Shown piece by piece: positions 63,614 through 64,000 of a DNA stretch of 64,000 bases. The stretch is taken from contig OZ316892.1 of the NCBI GenBank assembly GCA_973895155.1, positions 22,793,168-22,857,167 on the forward strand. The letters are read 5' to 3'. The position numbers were made by a program, and so were the translations under genes. The notes below the pieces were generated by a model. That model saw only the letters and a program-made list of their open reading frames with translations. It was not told the DNA's origin and did not search any database. Origin of the DNA: Marsupella aquatica (Eukaryota > Plantae > Marchantiophyta). Numbering within the stretch: the stretch's first letter is position 1; each line of letters starts with the position of its first letter.

Positions 63614-63961
63614 AATAAATATATTTATTTCTTTTCTTTTCTTTGAAAACCGAAAGCAGACCCATCCAACAGAGGATAGACGTCCTGCTTTGGAGCATGT
63701 ATTTCTATGTAGGGCAACCACAAGGGGACAATACCCAGGGATCCCACAGGGACCCCTACCAGGAGGAAGAGAGGATTAAACCAGAACCCAAAGTGGACAA
63801 CCAGGGCTGAGGAGATAATCAATACTCCCACCACTACACCCCACCCACCCACACACACACACACATACCCTCCACACCCCTTATGTGTGGAGGGAGGATT
63901 GAACCTGGGACCTCGCGGTTCTAGGCTCATACTCTGGCCAATTGACCAAATCCAGTTGGTT
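63614..63961 (-). mobile_element. tRNA-derived SINE (~350 bp)
   Basis: Minus strand shows an A-box-like TGGTCAATTGG and B box GGTTCAATCC at tRNA spacing, a (GT)n linker, a body shared with 1270-1465, an A-rich tail, and a 14-bp TSD ATTATTATTAAATA (63600-63613, 63962-63975). Confidence 0.85.
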
Positions 63962-64000
63962 ATTATTATTAAATAGTTTTATTACTGCCTTTGAGTCCCC

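Noticed and set aside
63880-63958. tRNA gene
   Set aside because: A and B boxes are present but there is no convincing acceptor stem; the body, tail and TSD indicate a SINE.

Overview
Eukaryotic, repeat-rich plant genomic DNA; the protein style and TE content suggest a large-genome non-seed land plant such as a fern or lycophyte (inference only). I find one intact gene: a 3-exon class I HD-Zip transcription factor on the minus strand (33089-31272, 380 aa), inside a ~12 kb CpG-retaining domain (~23.3-35.2 kb). The rest is a mosaic of decayed transposons: an internally deleted PIF/Harbinger element with TIRs and TTA TSD, three solo LTRs with 5-bp TSDs, a TSD-flanked L1-type 3' fragment, a TSD-flanked tRNA-derived SINE, and several tandem repeats. 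The most unusual structure is at 18.2-20.2 kb. CRE-clade (restriction-like endonuclease) retrotransposon pieces lie head-to-tail, a putative small Helitron has inserted into one of them at an A|T site, and that junction has been amplified into a six-unit 85/84-bp array. Also notable is an inverted pair of ~205-bp TTAA-flanked TIR elements bracketed by two CpG islands (54.4-58.5 kb). No rRNA, intact tRNA or CRISPR array is present. All alignments were done by eye; no database search was run.
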